Below are positions 36,816 to 47,846 of a stretch of DNA of 64,000 bases, piece by piece. This DNA is from an uncultured Gemmatimonadaceae bacterium (GTDB taxonomy: Bacteria > Gemmatimonadota > Gemmatimonadetes > Gemmatimonadales > Gemmatimonadaceae). Position 1 is the stretch's first letter. Every line of letters begins with the position of its first letter. The stretch covers positions 1,600,001 to 1,664,000 of the forward strand of contig CAWFQK010000004.1 of the NCBI GenBank assembly GCA_963817955.1, given 5' to 3'. The position numbers and the translations under genes were made by a program. Under the pieces are notes generated by a model. That model did no database searches. It was not told the origin of the DNA and saw only the letters and a list, made by a program, of their open reading frames with translations.

Positions 36816-37726
36816 CGCCCATTCTGGAGTTCCGCGACATCGTACGCTCGTTCAGGCCCGGAATCCCCGTCCTCGACGGCGTCTCGTTCGCCATGAACAG
36901 CGACGAGGTCGTCGGATTGCTCGGCCGCAATGGTGCCGGCAAGACGACGCTCATTCAGATCGCGATGGGCATGCTGTTTCCGCACAGCGGCAGTGTTCGC
37001 GTGTTCGGGCTCTCGCCTATCGAACAGCCCGTGGCGGTGAAGCATCGCATTGGATACGTCTCCGAGGATCAACTGTTGCCGCCGCTCTCCAGCATCGGGG
37101 AGCTGTTCGCGTTCCACCGGCGTCTCTTCCCCACGTGGGACGTGGCCCTGGAGCGGCAGTTGCTGGAGCGGTTCGGGTTGGCGGACCGCAAGCAGAGGAT
37201 CGGGGGGCTCAGCAAGGGACAGGCGCGCCAAGTGGCGCTGATGTGCGCCGTCTGCCATCGTCCGGAACTGCTCATTCTGGACGAGCCGGCCGGTGGACTC
37301 GATCCCGTCGCACGACGCGAATTCCTGGAGACCTCCATCCAGTTGCTCAACCGTGAGGGGTCGGCCATCCTGTTCTCGTCTCACCACATGAGCGACGTCG
37401 AGCGCTTGGGCGGCCGCATCGTGCTGCTCGATGGCGGAAAAGTGCGTCTCGATCGCGGACTCGATCAACTCCGCGAAGAACATTGTGTGGCCGTGATTCC
37501 GAAACACTTGGTGGCGAACGACGCATCGCTGCGGCAGGTGGCGGGATGCCTGCGTGTGCGCGCTCTGTTCGACGAATGGCACGCAGTCTTCCAGGGTTCG
37601 CCAGAGGCGGTGCGTTGCCGCCTGAAAGAAGCGCTCGGACTCGTGGACGTGAAGTGCGTGAGCGTTCCGCTGGAAGAGTTGTTCGTGGAACTCGTGGGCG
37701 GTGAGCGCATGGCGGAGGCATCGTGA
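36812..37726 (+). CDS. ABC transporter ATP-binding protein (YtrB-like)
   Basis: GRNGAGKT, LSKGQ and LDEPAGGLD motifs. Confidence 0.95.
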   Translation: MTPILEFRDIVRSFRPGIPVLDGVSFAMNSDEVVGLLGRNGAGKTTLIQIAMGMLFPHSGSVRVFGLSPIEQPVAVKHRIGYVSEDQLLPPLSSIGELFAFHRRLFPTWDVALERQLLERFGLADRKQRIGGLSKGQARQVALMCAVCHRPELLILDEPAGGLDPVARREFLETSIQLLNREGSAILFSSHHMSDVERLGGRIVLLDGGKVRLDRGLDQLREEHCVAVIPKHLVANDASLRQVAGCLRVRALFDEWHAVFQGSPEAVRCRLKEALGLVDVKCVSVPLEELFVELVGGERMAEAS

Positions 37727-39324
37727 TTGGCCTGTTGACGCGCCGTCGTCTTCGGGCCGCCCCGATCATGCTACCAGTGGCGATACTGGCTGCCGCCAGT
37801 ACGTTCTGGTGGGGCGGGCTTGGCCTGTTGATGAGCCTTCCGTTGCTGGGCGGTGTACTCCGCTTTTCCGCAGAGCGAGCGACCGTGTTCGAGGCCGGGT
37901 TGCCGATCAGAGCACGCGATCTCTTTCTTTCGCGTGTCCTCTTCTCGCTGTTGTGCGTTCAACTGCCCATGCTCGCGTGGATCGTGGTGTCCCTCGTACA
38001 GGGCCGCCATGCGTGGCCGATGCACCTCATGATCGACGCATCATTGATCGCGGCGCTCGTCGTGATCCTGCCGTATTCCGTGAGACCGAGCGAGATGCGT
38101 CCGCCGGCATGGGCGGCTCTGCTTCCACTGCTTGCGTTGGGTGTCATTGCGGCGGCGGCAATCTATTTTTTGCCGCCGGAGGTCGCCACGATCCTGTTGG
38201 CGGTCGGGATCGTCGGGGTCTCCGCTGGGACGTTCGTTGCGATTCCCGAATCGTTCCAGGTGGCTCCTCGCTTCATGGCCGGAAAGGCCGGCGCCGTACG
38301 CGCCATTGGTCCGGGTCTCTGGCCGGTGCGCGCAGCGAGCGCGAACAGTGAGACGAACGCAGGATGGTATTGGCCGGTACTGCGTTCGGTGGTGAATCGC
38401 GGCATGCTCCTCAGCTTCGCATTCATGGCACTATTCGGCGCCCTCCACGGTCCGTGGCTCGTATACGTCACGATCTTCGCATTCAGCGGAAGCGGCTCGT
38501 CGCGCACGCACACGCGTTGGATGCATGCCCTGCCCCTGTCGCGCCGAGCGATGTTGCTGGTCCTCGTGGTTCCGACGGCCGTGACGTTGCTGGGCGGGGT
38601 CGCCGTAGGTCATCTCATTCCTCTTCCCTTTTACACGGAGTCCATGAGCCGCGGCGCGCCGAGACTACACACCCCGCACTACTACGACAATCGAACGAAC
38701 GTGCCGCTCGAGTTCTGGCAGCGCGAGCCGTCGCCCCGCGTGGGACCGATCGTGGCGCCATGGGGCGAGACCGCCGAACCGGATACACTTGCACTACCGG
38801 GCATGACCGTGTTCAACCCGTTTACGTCGCACGAAGCAAACAGCCAGCGGTTCATCGAATGGCAGTTCGAACGCGCGACCGCTGCGGTTTACGGTCACCG
38901 GATGACGATAGCCGACTACGACGCAGGTGATGCAAGGCATCGCACTCGGGTGACATCGTCTCCCCGCATGTGGATTCTGAACGGGGGTGCGACACTCGTG
39001 CTGTTTGTCATTCTGATGTGGCTTTGCGAGCGGACGTATTCTTATCGTGCCGCGATGCGACCCCACCGAGTGCTCGACATCACCATCCCGCTCATCCCAA
39101 TGGTGGCAACGGTTGCCGACTATGCCTTGGGCGTCGACCGCGGTACCGGCATCATCATTCCAGCCGCGGAAGCGCTGCTGCTGCAACTCTCGCGCACGCT
39201 GCCGCAATATCCCCTTGTCATCGTGGTTGTCGCTGCGGCACCAGTGATTGTCGCCTTCAAACTCCTCGAGTGGCAGTTCACGCGGACAGAATTCGCCGAG
39301 CGCGCCATGACTGCATCACGGTGA
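37723..39324 (+). CDS. Multi-pass membrane protein, probable ABC permease
   Basis: Two permease-like LP(I/L)xxR motifs and many TM segments; 4-bp overlap with the ATPase. Confidence 0.75.
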   Translation: MIGLLTRRRLRAAPIMLPVAILAAASTFWWGGLGLLMSLPLLGGVLRFSAERATVFEAGLPIRARDLFLSRVLFSLLCVQLPMLAWIVVSLVQGRHAWPMHLMIDASLIAALVVILPYSVRPSEMRPPAWAALLPLLALGVIAAAAIYFLPPEVATILLAVGIVGVSAGTFVAIPESFQVAPRFMAGKAGAVRAIGPGLWPVRAASANSETNAGWYWPVLRSVVNRGMLLSFAFMALFGALHGPWLVYVTIFAFSGSGSSRTHTRWMHALPLSRRAMLLVLVVPTAVTLLGGVAVGHLIPLPFYTESMSRGAPRLHTPHYYDNRTNVPLEFWQREPSPRVGPIVAPWGETAEPDTLALPGMTVFNPFTSHEANSQRFIEWQFERATAAVYGHRMTIADYDAGDARHRTRVTSSPRMWILNGGATLVLFVILMWLCERTYSYRAAMRPHRVLDITIPLIPMVATVADYALGVDRGTGIIIPAAEALLLQLSRTLPQYPLVIVVVAAAPVIVAFKLLEWQFTRTEFAERAMTASR

Positions 39325-39367
39325 TGCTGCCACACAGAATCCAATCCTCTCCCCCGCGGTTACCTGC

Positions 39368-41677
39368 ATGCGCCTCCTCCGCCGCTATCGCCCGATTCCA
39401 CTCCAGCCGGCGCTGATCCTCGGCGTCGCACTCGCCCTCAGTCTCGCGGTGCCCCACACCGCCTCCGCCCAGGGCACCGCCGCTGACTACGCACGCGCGC
39501 AACAGCTGCGCGCGCGCCAGCAGCATCTCGTCGTGGATGCGGTGGACCAGGTTCGCTGGATCGACTCCACGCCACGATTCTGGTATCGAATGTCCACGGC
39601 GGCAGGCATGGCGTTCATCGTCGCCGATGCCGAGTCGAAGCAGAAACGGCCTGCATTCGACCAGACGCACCTGGCCACCGCGCTGACGGCATTCCTTCAC
39701 CGCCCGATCTCGGCCGACTCTCTTCCGTTCGCGACGATCGATTTCGTGGACGCCGAACAGGCGATCGCATTTTCTGTCGGCACCGTGCGCCTGCGCTGTT
39801 CGCTCCGAGACTATGCCTGCGCGCGTTCCACGGACCGCCGCGGCACGCGATTCGACGCGGGCGTTGGCGGCGCGCTCTACGGCTCGCGTCCAGCCGAGGA
39901 CACCACCGAGCGCACGTCGCCCGACGGGAAATGGGCCGCCAGCACACGGAATTACAACGTGTTCGTGCGCCCCACGACCGGCGGTAACGGGTTCGTCCTC
40001 AGCACAGACGGATCAGAGGGCAACGGCTATCGCCAACGCACGCTCGTGTGGTCGCCGGACTCGCGACGGATCGCGGTGTACCGCGTCCTGCCCGGATACG
40101 GCCGCGAAGTGCATTACGTGGAGTCGTCGCCCCTGGGCCAGGTGCAACCCATCTATAGTTCGCGGCTGTACAGCAAGCCTGGCGATGTGGTCGACCGTGG
40201 CATGCCGGTCATCTTCGATGTCGTCGCCAGGCGGCAGATCGCGCCGAGCGACTCGCTCTTTCCCAACGCGTACCAGACGAGCCCCCTCGTCTGGCGTCGT
40301 GACGGACACGCGCTCACGTTCGAGTACAATCAGCGCGGACATCAGGTCTATCGCGTGATCGAGATCGACGCCGCTACGGGCAAGACCCGCGCGGTGATCG
40401 ACGAGCGGTCTCCCACCTTCTTCGAGTACTCAGCCAAGAAGTATCGCAACGATCTCGCGGATGGAAAGGAAATCGTCTGGATGTCCGAGCGTGACGGATG
40501 GAATCACTTGTACCTGTACGACGGCGCCACCGGCCGCGTAGAGAATCAGATCACGAAAGGGCCGTGGGTCGTGCGCGGAGTCGATCGCGTAGACTCCACT
40601 ACGCGGCAGATCTGGTTCCGCGCCAGCGGGATGGATCCCAAGACCGATCCGTACTTCGTTCAGTACTACCGCATCAACATGGACGGCACGGGACTCGTGC
40701 GGCTCACCACCGCCGACGCAATGCACGCGGTCACGTACTCTCCGGACATGAAGTACTACGTGGACGTCTGGTCACGCGTAGATCTGGCCCCGGTCGTCGA
40801 GCTTCGGCGCACGAGCGATCGCACGCTCGTCATGCCGCTCGAGCAGGCCAACGCGAGTGCGCTGCTCGCCACCGGCTGGAAGCCGCCGGAAGTGTTCGTC
40901 GCCAAGGGACGCGACGGCGCCACCGACATCTGGGGCATCATCATCCGGCCGACGAACTTCGATCCGACGCACAAGTATCCCGTGATCGAGAACATCTACG
41001 CCGGCCCGCAGGACTCCTTCGTGCCAAAGACGTTCAGCACGCAACTCGGCATGCAGGCCATCGCCGAGCTCGGATTCATCGTGGTGCAGATCGACGGTAT
41101 GGGGACGTCGAACCGCTCCAAGGCGTTCCACGATGTTGCGTACAAGAATCTCGGCGACGCCGGCTTTCCCGACCGCATTCTCTGGCACAAGGCCGTTGCG
41201 GCAAAGTACCCGTACTATGACATCAGCCGCGTCGGCATTTACGGCACCTCCGCCGGCGGTCAGAGCTCCACCGGTGCGCTGCTCTTTCATCCCGAGTTCT
41301 ACACCGTCGCCGTGTCCGCGGCGGGATCCCATGACAACCGCATGGACAAACTCTGGTGGAACGAGCAGTGGATGGGATGGCCCATTGGTCCCGAATACGC
41401 CGCGTCGTCGAACGTGGACAACGCGTGGCGCCTCCAGGGCAAGCTACTCCTCATCGTCGGAGAGATGGACACCAATGTGGATCCATCCAGCACCATGCAG
41501 GTCGTCAACGCGCTGATCAAGGCGCACAAGATGTTCGACCTGCTCGTGATTCCCGGCGCCGACCACACCAGCGGCGGCGAATACGGGGATCTCAAGCGGT
41601 GGGACTTCTTCGTCCACAACCTGCTCGGCGTCGAACCGCCAAACCGAAACGTCGTGGTCGAGCCGCGCCCTCGGTGA
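39368..41677 (+). CDS. S9 peptidase with DPP IV N-terminal domain
   Basis: Signal peptide, [10 protein letters not shown], nucleophile GTSAGG, DTNVD and catalytic His (GADH). Confidence 0.95.
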   Translation: MRLLRRYRPIPLQPALILGVALALSLAVPHTASAQGTAADYARAQQLRARQQHLVVDAVDQVRWIDSTPRFWYRMSTAAGMAFIVADAESKQKRPAFDQTHLATALTAFLHRPISADSLPFATIDFVDAEQAIAFSVGTVRLRCSLRDYACARSTDRRGTRFDAGVGGALYGSRPAEDTTERTSPDGKWAASTRNYNVFVRPTTGGNGFVLSTDGSEGNGYRQRTLVWSPDSRRIAVYRVLPGYGREVHYVESSPLGQVQPIYSSRLYSKPGDVVDRGMPVIFDVVARRQIAPSDSLFPNAYQTSPLVWRRDGHALTFEYNQRGHQVYRVIEIDAATGKTRAVIDERSPTFFEYSAKKYRNDLADGKEIVWMSERDGWNHLYLYDGATGRVENQITKGPWVVRGVDRVDSTTRQIWFRASGMDPKTDPYFVQYYRINMDGTGLVRLTTADAMHAVTYSPDMKYYVDVWSRVDLAPVVELRRTSDRTLVMPLEQANASALLATGWKPPEVFVAKGRDGATDIWGIIIRPTNFDPTHKYPVIENIYAGPQDSFVPKTFSTQLGMQAIAELGFIVVQIDGMGTSNRSKAFHDVAYKNLGDAGFPDRILWHKAVAAKYPYYDISRVGIYGTSAGGQSSTGALLFHPEFYTVAVSAAGSHDNRMDKLWWNEQWMGWPIGPEYAASSNVDNAWRLQGKLLLIVGEMDTNVDPSSTMQVVNALIKAHKMFDLLVIPGADHTSGGEYGDLKRWDFFVHNLLGVEPPNRNVVVEPRPR

Positions 41678-41771
41678 TGGCGACTCAGCGATTGGCGCCA
41701 TGCGCCGATACTGCATAGTGCAGCGCGCCCACGGCCTTCTCGGCCTTCCCCATAACAGGAGCAACCTCTCC

Positions 41772-42176
41772 ATGGCACTAGCCTGGAATGACGCGATGAC
41801 AACGGGCGTAGAAGAGCTCGATGACGCGCACAAGACGCTGATCCTTTGGATCAACAAGTTGACCGATGCGATGATGGCGGGAAAAGGCCAGACCGAGGTG
41901 CTGACCATTCTGAACTTCCTGGGCACCTACGCAACGCAGCATTTCTCACGCGAGGAAAGCTGCATGAACGCCTACCGGTGTCCGGCTGCCCTCGCGAACA
42001 AGAAGGCGCACGACGAGTTCCTGGCGTACTTCACCAAGATGAAGCTGGAAGTGGAGAAGAACGGTGCCACCGTGACCAACGTCCTGGCACTACAGAATTC
42101 CCTGAGCCTCTGGCTGAGGGGCCACATCATGAAGATCGATACGAGCCTTCTCGAGTGTGTCGACCGCGCGAGTTGA
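41772..42176 (+). CDS. Single-domain bacteriohemerythrin
   Basis: W...TGVEELDDAH, HFSREE, HDEF and WLRGHIMKID; CAGGAG RBS upstream. The usual HxxxH reads NKKAH here. Confidence 0.9.
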   Translation: MALAWNDAMTTGVEELDDAHKTLILWINKLTDAMMAGKGQTEVLTILNFLGTYATQHFSREESCMNAYRCPAALANKKAHDEFLAYFTKMKLEVEKNGATVTNVLALQNSLSLWLRGHIMKIDTSLLECVDRAS

Positions 42177-42207
42177 GTAACGCTGCAATCGGTCGATACT
42201 ACGGGCG

Positions 42208-44004
42208 ATGACTTTATCCATTACAGGGCTCCCTCTTCCCCTCCCCGTGCATGCCTGGCTTCCGCTCGGGCTAGCGGCGCTGGCGCCTCTCGCGTTATTG
42301 GCAGTGTTCGCGCCACCATGGCGTCGCCAGGTACGAGGAATTGCCGCGGCGCTCGCCTTGCGAACGGTGCTCGTGCTCGGGCTCGGAACCGCAACCATCG
42401 CCACCGTTGCCACCGTCTCCGTGGTGCGGGCCGGCTTGCGCGAACTTCGCGATCGTCACGACCCCCGCCTCCACGCGCTCGCCAGCGTCATCGAGGCGAC
42501 GGCGACTGGTCGCTACAGCGCCGACGCGAGCCTCCTCCTCGCGGACTACCAATCGAGGGCAGCGAGCGGCGGATTCGTCGCGTACAGCGCGAGCGCGTGC
42601 CAATCCGCTTGCCTCATCATCGGCGATCAACAGGCTCCCGCTGTGGCGACGCTCAAATCACGTCTCGCCCAAAGCTGGCCCAAGGACCAACGCGCCGAGT
42701 ATTTCGTACGCATTGGCGATCGGCCGTTCCTGCTGCTCACGGAGCCCGTGCACGACACACGCGGTGTCGCGATCGCAAACGTGGTCGCAGGGGTCGACGC
42801 GCAGCCACTGGCGGACCATGCGACGCGTACGGCATGGACGCTCCTCATCATCTCTTATACGCTCCTGGTGGTGGTGGGCTGGAGTTCGTGGCAACAACTC
42901 AATTCCTCACTTGCCGCCCGCATCCATGCCATCACCGAGCAGATCCAGGACGGCCGGGCCGGCGAGCCGAACCAGCCGCACGCCATTGCGGGTAAGGAGC
43001 TGGGCGATCTGGCAAACAGTGTCTCCGCGTACATCCAGTCGAGGCTCGAGGAACAGCGCGAGACCGCCGAGCACCATCGCCGTCTGGCGGAACTCGCGCC
43101 TGACGGCATCATCATGTGCTCTTCCGAGGGGATCACGTTCGTGAATGCCGCCGCGCTGGCGCTCGCCGGCACCAGCGACGAGCGACACCTGCTTGGGCGA
43201 CCGATCTCGGATTTTCTCGATGTCGAATGCAGCCGAAGCGCCGAACCGGGAACCGGCGTGTTGTATCCCGGGCGGTGGCGACGGCTCGATGGCACCGAGT
43301 TGCACGCCGATATCGCTGAGATCACCGACTCGAGCCGGCAGGGCATCCAGCAATTCGTCGTGCGCGACGTCACCGACCGGCGTTTGCAGGAGGCAGCCCT
43401 GGCACACCGCGCCGAACACGACGCGCTCACGGGGCTCGTGAACCGCGGTCGCTTCGAAACGCGGCTCGAACACATGCTCACGCCCGCCGACGCGCCACAT
43501 GGGCATCCGCCGCGCTTCATTGCCGTTCTTTATATAGATCTCGATGGTTTCAAGCGGGTCAACGATCGCCACGGGCATGCCGCGGGGGACGCGGTCCTCA
43601 TCGCCGTCGCGGCGCGCCTGCGTGAATCGACCCGCGACCAGGACGTCATTGCCCGGCTGGGCGGTGATGAGTTCGCGGTGCTCCTCGACCTCGACGACCA
43701 CATCGAAGTCAACGCCGTAGCCGCTCGCATCCTGGACACGCTCCAGCAGCCCGTGCGGTTCGATGGCATGGAGCTTCGGATTGGAGCGAGCATCGGCATT
43801 GCGGACACTCGTTCCGTCGAAGCAGCACTCGCATCGCTCGGCACCGGCAACACTCCACTCTCGGCAGCAGATCTCCTGCGTGCCGCCGACGCCGCGATGT
43901 ACAGTGCCAAGGCGGGCGGCGGGCATAGCTTCGGGCGAGTGGCAGCCGTTCCCTCCGCCGCCCGCCAGAGAACAGGCCGGGCGCTCGCACCCCTCGTGGC
44001 CTGA
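42208..44004 (+). CDS. Membrane-bound PAS-GGDEF diguanylate cyclase
   Basis: TM segments, PAS domain, HDALTGLVNR, DLDGFKRVND, RDQD I-site and intact GGDEF. Confidence 0.93.
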   Translation: MTLSITGLPLPLPVHAWLPLGLAALAPLALLAVFAPPWRRQVRGIAAALALRTVLVLGLGTATIATVATVSVVRAGLRELRDRHDPRLHALASVIEATATGRYSADASLLLADYQSRAASGGFVAYSASACQSACLIIGDQQAPAVATLKSRLAQSWPKDQRAEYFVRIGDRPFLLLTEPVHDTRGVAIANVVAGVDAQPLADHATRTAWTLLIISYTLLVVVGWSSWQQLNSSLAARIHAITEQIQDGRAGEPNQPHAIAGKELGDLANSVSAYIQSRLEEQRETAEHHRRLAELAPDGIIMCSSEGITFVNAAALALAGTSDERHLLGRPISDFLDVECSRSAEPGTGVLYPGRWRRLDGTELHADIAEITDSSRQGIQQFVVRDVTDRRLQEAALAHRAEHDALTGLVNRGRFETRLEHMLTPADAPHGHPPRFIAVLYIDLDGFKRVNDRHGHAAGDAVLIAVAARLRESTRDQDVIARLGGDEFAVLLDLDDHIEVNAVAARILDTLQQPVRFDGMELRIGASIGIADTRSVEAALASLGTGNTPLSAADLLRAADAAMYSAKAGGGHSFGRVAAVPSAARQRTGRALAPLVA

Positions 44005-44144
44005 TGAGGGAATGACCTCCCGGTCCATCTTCCATCCCAGTCTCAACTCTCGCGCAGCTCGAGCCGATACTTGAACTATCGCGTCTCCGGCTCCCCCCGC
44101 CCGCCGGCCCGCCATCACTGTTTCTCCCGTAGGAGCGAACACGT

Positions 44145-44600
44145 ATGTCGATCTCCCCCATTTCGGGCGGCTCGCCTCAGGTCTGGACCGGCGCGAGCGT
44201 GCGGACGTCCCCTTCCACGAAAATGGCGAACCTGTTCGACCAGATCGATTCGAGCGGGTCCGGGTCTATCTCGAAGAGTCAGTTCGAGCAGGCCTTCCAG
44301 ACCCTGAACCCGCCACGCGGCGTTCAGCAAGCTGGCGCCGATGCCATTTGGAACGTGCTCGATCCGAACCACACGGGCTCGGTGAACAAGCATGACTTCG
44401 TGACGGGTATGGCCACCGTCATGAAAGAGGTGCGTGCCCATCACCATTCCAGTGCCAATCCCGCCCAGACAGCCACCCCGGCGGCAACGGACTCCTTCGC
44501 CAGCATGCTTTCGACAAGCCTGAACCTGCTCAACCAGGTCACCGGGCAGGCCAGCGACGGCGCGCAGGCGAAGGGTTCGTCGATCGACGTAACCGGGTAA
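44145..44600 (+). CDS. EF-hand protein
   Basis: Loops DSSGSGSISKSQF and DPNHTGSVNKHDF; AGGAG RBS. Confidence 0.8.
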   Translation: MSISPISGGSPQVWTGASVRTSPSTKMANLFDQIDSSGSGSISKSQFEQAFQTLNPPRGVQQAGADAIWNVLDPNHTGSVNKHDFVTGMATVMKEVRAHHHSSANPAQTATPAATDSFASMLSTSLNLLNQVTGQASDGAQAKGSSIDVTG

Positions 44601-44606
44601 TCGCGG

Positions 44607-45587
44607 GTGGCAAGTGCGGCGATGACCCTCGACATGTGCATCCGCGCATACTCGTTCCAGGCCATGGGAACGGACTGCGCGGCGCACCTTGCTGGAGACC
44701 CCGCCGTCACCTCGGCCGCCGCGGCATTGGTCATCGAGGAAGTTCGGCGCATCGAGTCCACCTACTCGCGCTATCAGCGCGACAGTGTTCTCTCGCTCAT
44801 CAATCAAGCTGGCGCACGAGGTGCGTCGGTGACTGTCGATGCTGAAACCACCGGACTCCTCGACTATGCCTTTGCGCTCCATCGGGCGAGCGACGGTCTC
44901 TTCGACATCACGTCAGGCGTTCTGCGGCAAGCTTGGGACTTCGACTCGGGCCGGTTGCCGGCACCGGGCGCCATCGAACGACTCTTACCGCGCGTAGGTC
45001 TGCATCGCGTCGAATGGGACGCTCCCATTCTCCGCTTCGGCGTTGCCGGAATGGAAATCGACTTTGGGGGAATCGGAAAGGAGTATGCCGTGGATCGCGC
45101 CGCCGAGATCTGCCGCGACGCAGGGATCACGTCCGGCCTCATCGACCTGGGCGGCGACATTCGCGTCATCGGCCCGCTGCCGAATGGCGCCCCGTGGACG
45201 GTGCACGTCCGCCATCCCAGACGGCCGGATTGCGCGCTCGCCACACTGTCCGTCGCCAACGGGGCGGTGGCGAGTAGCGGTGACTATGAGCGTTTCATGG
45301 AGATCGACGGCGTTCGCTACTCTCACATCCTGGACCCAACCACAGGATGGCCGGTTCGCGGATTGGCTGCTGTAACAGTCAGCACCGACGCCTGCATCGT
45401 TGCCGGCAGCCTCGCCACCGTCGCGATGCTCAAAGCATCGAATGGCCCGGCATGGCTCCAGACACTCGGCGTCCCGCACGTGTGGATGGACGAGCAAGGC
45501 GCCGTTGGTGGCAATCGCGTACCACTTTCTCGGCCATCACTCTGGCGGCGCGAGAGGCGGGTGCAGCAGACTCGCGCTATCGGCTAA
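44607..45587 (+). CDS. apbE: FAD:protein FMN transferase (second copy)
   Basis: AMGT, FDITSG, IDFGGIGKEYAVD, DLGGD, SSGDYER and HILDP motifs; no signal peptide evident. Confidence 0.93.
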   Translation: MASAAMTLDMCIRAYSFQAMGTDCAAHLAGDPAVTSAAAALVIEEVRRIESTYSRYQRDSVLSLINQAGARGASVTVDAETTGLLDYAFALHRASDGLFDITSGVLRQAWDFDSGRLPAPGAIERLLPRVGLHRVEWDAPILRFGVAGMEIDFGGIGKEYAVDRAAEICRDAGITSGLIDLGGDIRVIGPLPNGAPWTVHVRHPRRPDCALATLSVANGAVASSGDYERFMEIDGVRYSHILDPTTGWPVRGLAAVTVSTDACIVAGSLATVAMLKASNGPAWLQTLGVPHVWMDEQGAVGGNRVPLSRPSLWRRERRVQQTRAIG

Positions 45588-46768
45588 GCGGAACCGTCCC
45601 CATCCTCCGGCAGCAGGATCTGGAACGTGGTGCCCTGCTCGTGGCTCGACGTGAAGCTCACTTTACCCCCCAGGTAACGCTCGCCGAACAGCTTCATCGC
45701 GAAGGTCCCCAGTCCCCGCCCAATCCCATCTTTCGTGCTGAACGACCGCCGGAAGATCTGACGTGCAATCGTCGGCGGAATGCTCCCGGGATTCCAAACG
45801 TTGAACATCGGCCGGCCGTCTCGCCGCTCGAACCGAACGTGCACCTCGGCGCCCGGCTCGACCGCCTCGAAGGCGTTCTTCACCATGTTCGTGAGCACCC
45901 GCACGAGCAGGATCGAGTCCACCATCACCGTTTCCTCATCGGCGACTCTGCCCACCTTGAGCTGCTTGCCCTGGGAGACCTCGTGCAGACTGAACAACGA
46001 TTCGAGCATGCCCAGGAAGACATTGACCGACGCGCGCTGAAACGATGTCTCGAGCTCTCCAGTTTCGCCCTGGAGCAACTGCCGGTGCTCCTCCATCTCG
46101 AGCAGCAGCCGTTTGGTGAGGATGGCGATGCGCTCGGCGGCCTGTCGCGGATCGGCCGCCTCGCCCCGCTCGAGTAGTTGGCTCCAGCCGAGGAGCCCGC
46201 CGAGCGTGTTTCGGATGTCGTGGAAGAACACCCGTTCCATCGCCTCACGACGCTTCTGGCCGCTGATGTCGTTGAGCACGAGCATCGTCACCGTCATGTC
46301 TCCGAGATCGATGGACGAAGCGCGGACCCGAAAATCGACCGCGTCGTTGCCGCTCTCGCCCTCGACCCACAGCCGGAACTCACCTGTCACCGGCTTTTGA
46401 GTCCGCTGACTGTCGAGGATCACGCGCACGGCGTTGCACGTCGCGCACACTGAACCGGTTCCACACCCCCCTGGTCCGGTTTCTCGGTTCAGGCACGCCA
46501 TTGCATCGCCGGGGCGCCGGCCGAGCAGGGTGGCAATGGAGTCTGCGTGAAACCGGCGGAGCGCCTGCGGGTTCGCGGCCAACACCTGGCGCTGCCGATT
46601 GAGGATGAACAGGAATCCATCAACGACGTCGCACAACGTGGCAACGATGGGCGAGCGCGCGACCAGCGCGATCTGCTGCTCGAGCGTTTCCGGGCTCACC
46701 AGTTCTGCGGGAACAAACTCGGTGAATTCACCCACGACGCCGTCCTTGCGTTGGGCCGATTGCATCAT
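45584..46768 (-). CDS. Cytoplasmic sensor histidine kinase with a Cys-rich PAS-like domain
   Basis: H-box FFHDIRN, N-box NMVKNAFEA, GRGLG; CX9CX5CX2C motif. Confidence 0.9.
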   Translation of the reverse strand: MMQSAQRKDGVVGEFTEFVPAELVSPETLEQQIALVARSPIVATLCDVVDGFLFILNRQRQVLAANPQALRRFHADSIATLLGRRPGDAMACLNRETGPGGCGTGSVCATCNAVRVILDSQRTQKPVTGEFRLWVEGESGNDAVDFRVRASSIDLGDMTVTMLVLNDISGQKRREAMERVFFHDIRNTLGGLLGWSQLLERGEAADPRQAAERIAILTKRLLLEMEEHRQLLQGETGELETSFQRASVNVFLGMLESLFSLHEVSQGKQLKVGRVADEETVMVDSILLVRVLTNMVKNAFEAVEPGAEVHVRFERRDGRPMFNVWNPGSIPPTIARQIFRRSFSTKDGIGRGLGTFAMKLFGERYLGGKVSFTSSHEQGTTFQILLPEDGDGSA

Positions 46769-46976
46769 ACTCAAATCTGGCTCTCCCTGCTGTGCTCAAT
46801 AAGATCTCTGCGCGGCCGATTAGACAGTTTAGCGTCCTGAATTGCATCCAGTAAGAGATCACCGCCCGATGCCGGATGGAGCGAGGTCAGCAGATGGTGA
46901 GGCATACGGCTTGCGCCGGAACCGCCGCGACCAGCGATCTGATCTCGCACCGGTCGCTCAACATGAGGCTGTTGCA

Positions 46977-47837
46977 ATGAGACGAACGTCTGCGATTCAG
47001 CCACTGATCTTCTTCGGGGTTCTCGTCGTCGGAGCCGTGATCTCCGTGTTGGCCGGTGGCTCACCGACCAGCCCCAACGTTCCGATAGCCGTCGGCACCA
47101 TCATCCTTGCATGTCTTCTGGCGGTTGCGGTGAAGGTGGCCAGCGAGTGGGACCGGGCAGTGGTGCTCCGACTGGGCCACTTTCGGTCGCTCAGCGGGCC
47201 CGGCCTGTTCGTCATCATTCCGATCATCGACACCATTCCGTACTGGATCGACATTCGCGTCATCACCGGCTCATTCAAGGCCGAAAAAAGTCTCACCCGG
47301 GACACCGTGCCGGTTGACGTCGATGCCGTGCTGTTCTGGAAGGTCATCGATCCCAAGAAGGCCGCGCTGGACGTGGCCGACTATCAGAGCGCGATCAGTT
47401 GGGCGTCACAGACTGCGCTACGCGACGTGATCGGGAAGACGCAATTGTCCGATATGCTCGAAGGGCGGGACAAGATCTCCGCCGAATTGCAGCGGATCAT
47501 CGATCAGCGCACCGAACCGTGGGGAGTGAATGTCATTTCCGTGGAGGTCAAGGACGTGCTGATCCCGCCGGGTCTCGAAAACGCGATGTCGATGCAAGCC
47601 CAGGCGGAGCGCGAGCGGCAAGCGCGGGTCATTCTGGGGGATTCGGAACGGCAGGTGGCGGAAAAATTTGGCGAGGCCGCCAAGACCTATGCCAACAATC
47701 CCACGGCGTTTCACCTCCGGGCAATGAACATGTTGTACGAAGGCCTGAAGCAGAACTCGACGATCGTCATCGTGCCCAGTACCGTCGTGGAGACAATGCA
47801 GTTGGGCGGGCTCACGGCCCTGCCGCCAACCAAGTGA
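46977..47837 (+). CDS. SPFH/stomatin (slipin) family protein
   Basis: RAVVLRLG, LTRDTVPVDVDAV and QAQAERERQA motifs. Confidence 0.93.
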   Translation: MRRTSAIQPLIFFGVLVVGAVISVLAGGSPTSPNVPIAVGTIILACLLAVAVKVASEWDRAVVLRLGHFRSLSGPGLFVIIPIIDTIPYWIDIRVITGSFKAEKSLTRDTVPVDVDAVLFWKVIDPKKAALDVADYQSAISWASQTALRDVIGKTQLSDMLEGRDKISAELQRIIDQRTEPWGVNVISVEVKDVLIPPGLENAMSMQAQAERERQARVILGDSERQVAEKFGEAAKTYANNPTAFHLRAMNMLYEGLKQNSTIVIVPSTVVETMQLGGLTALPPTK

Positions 47838-47846
47838 TTCGCTAGT

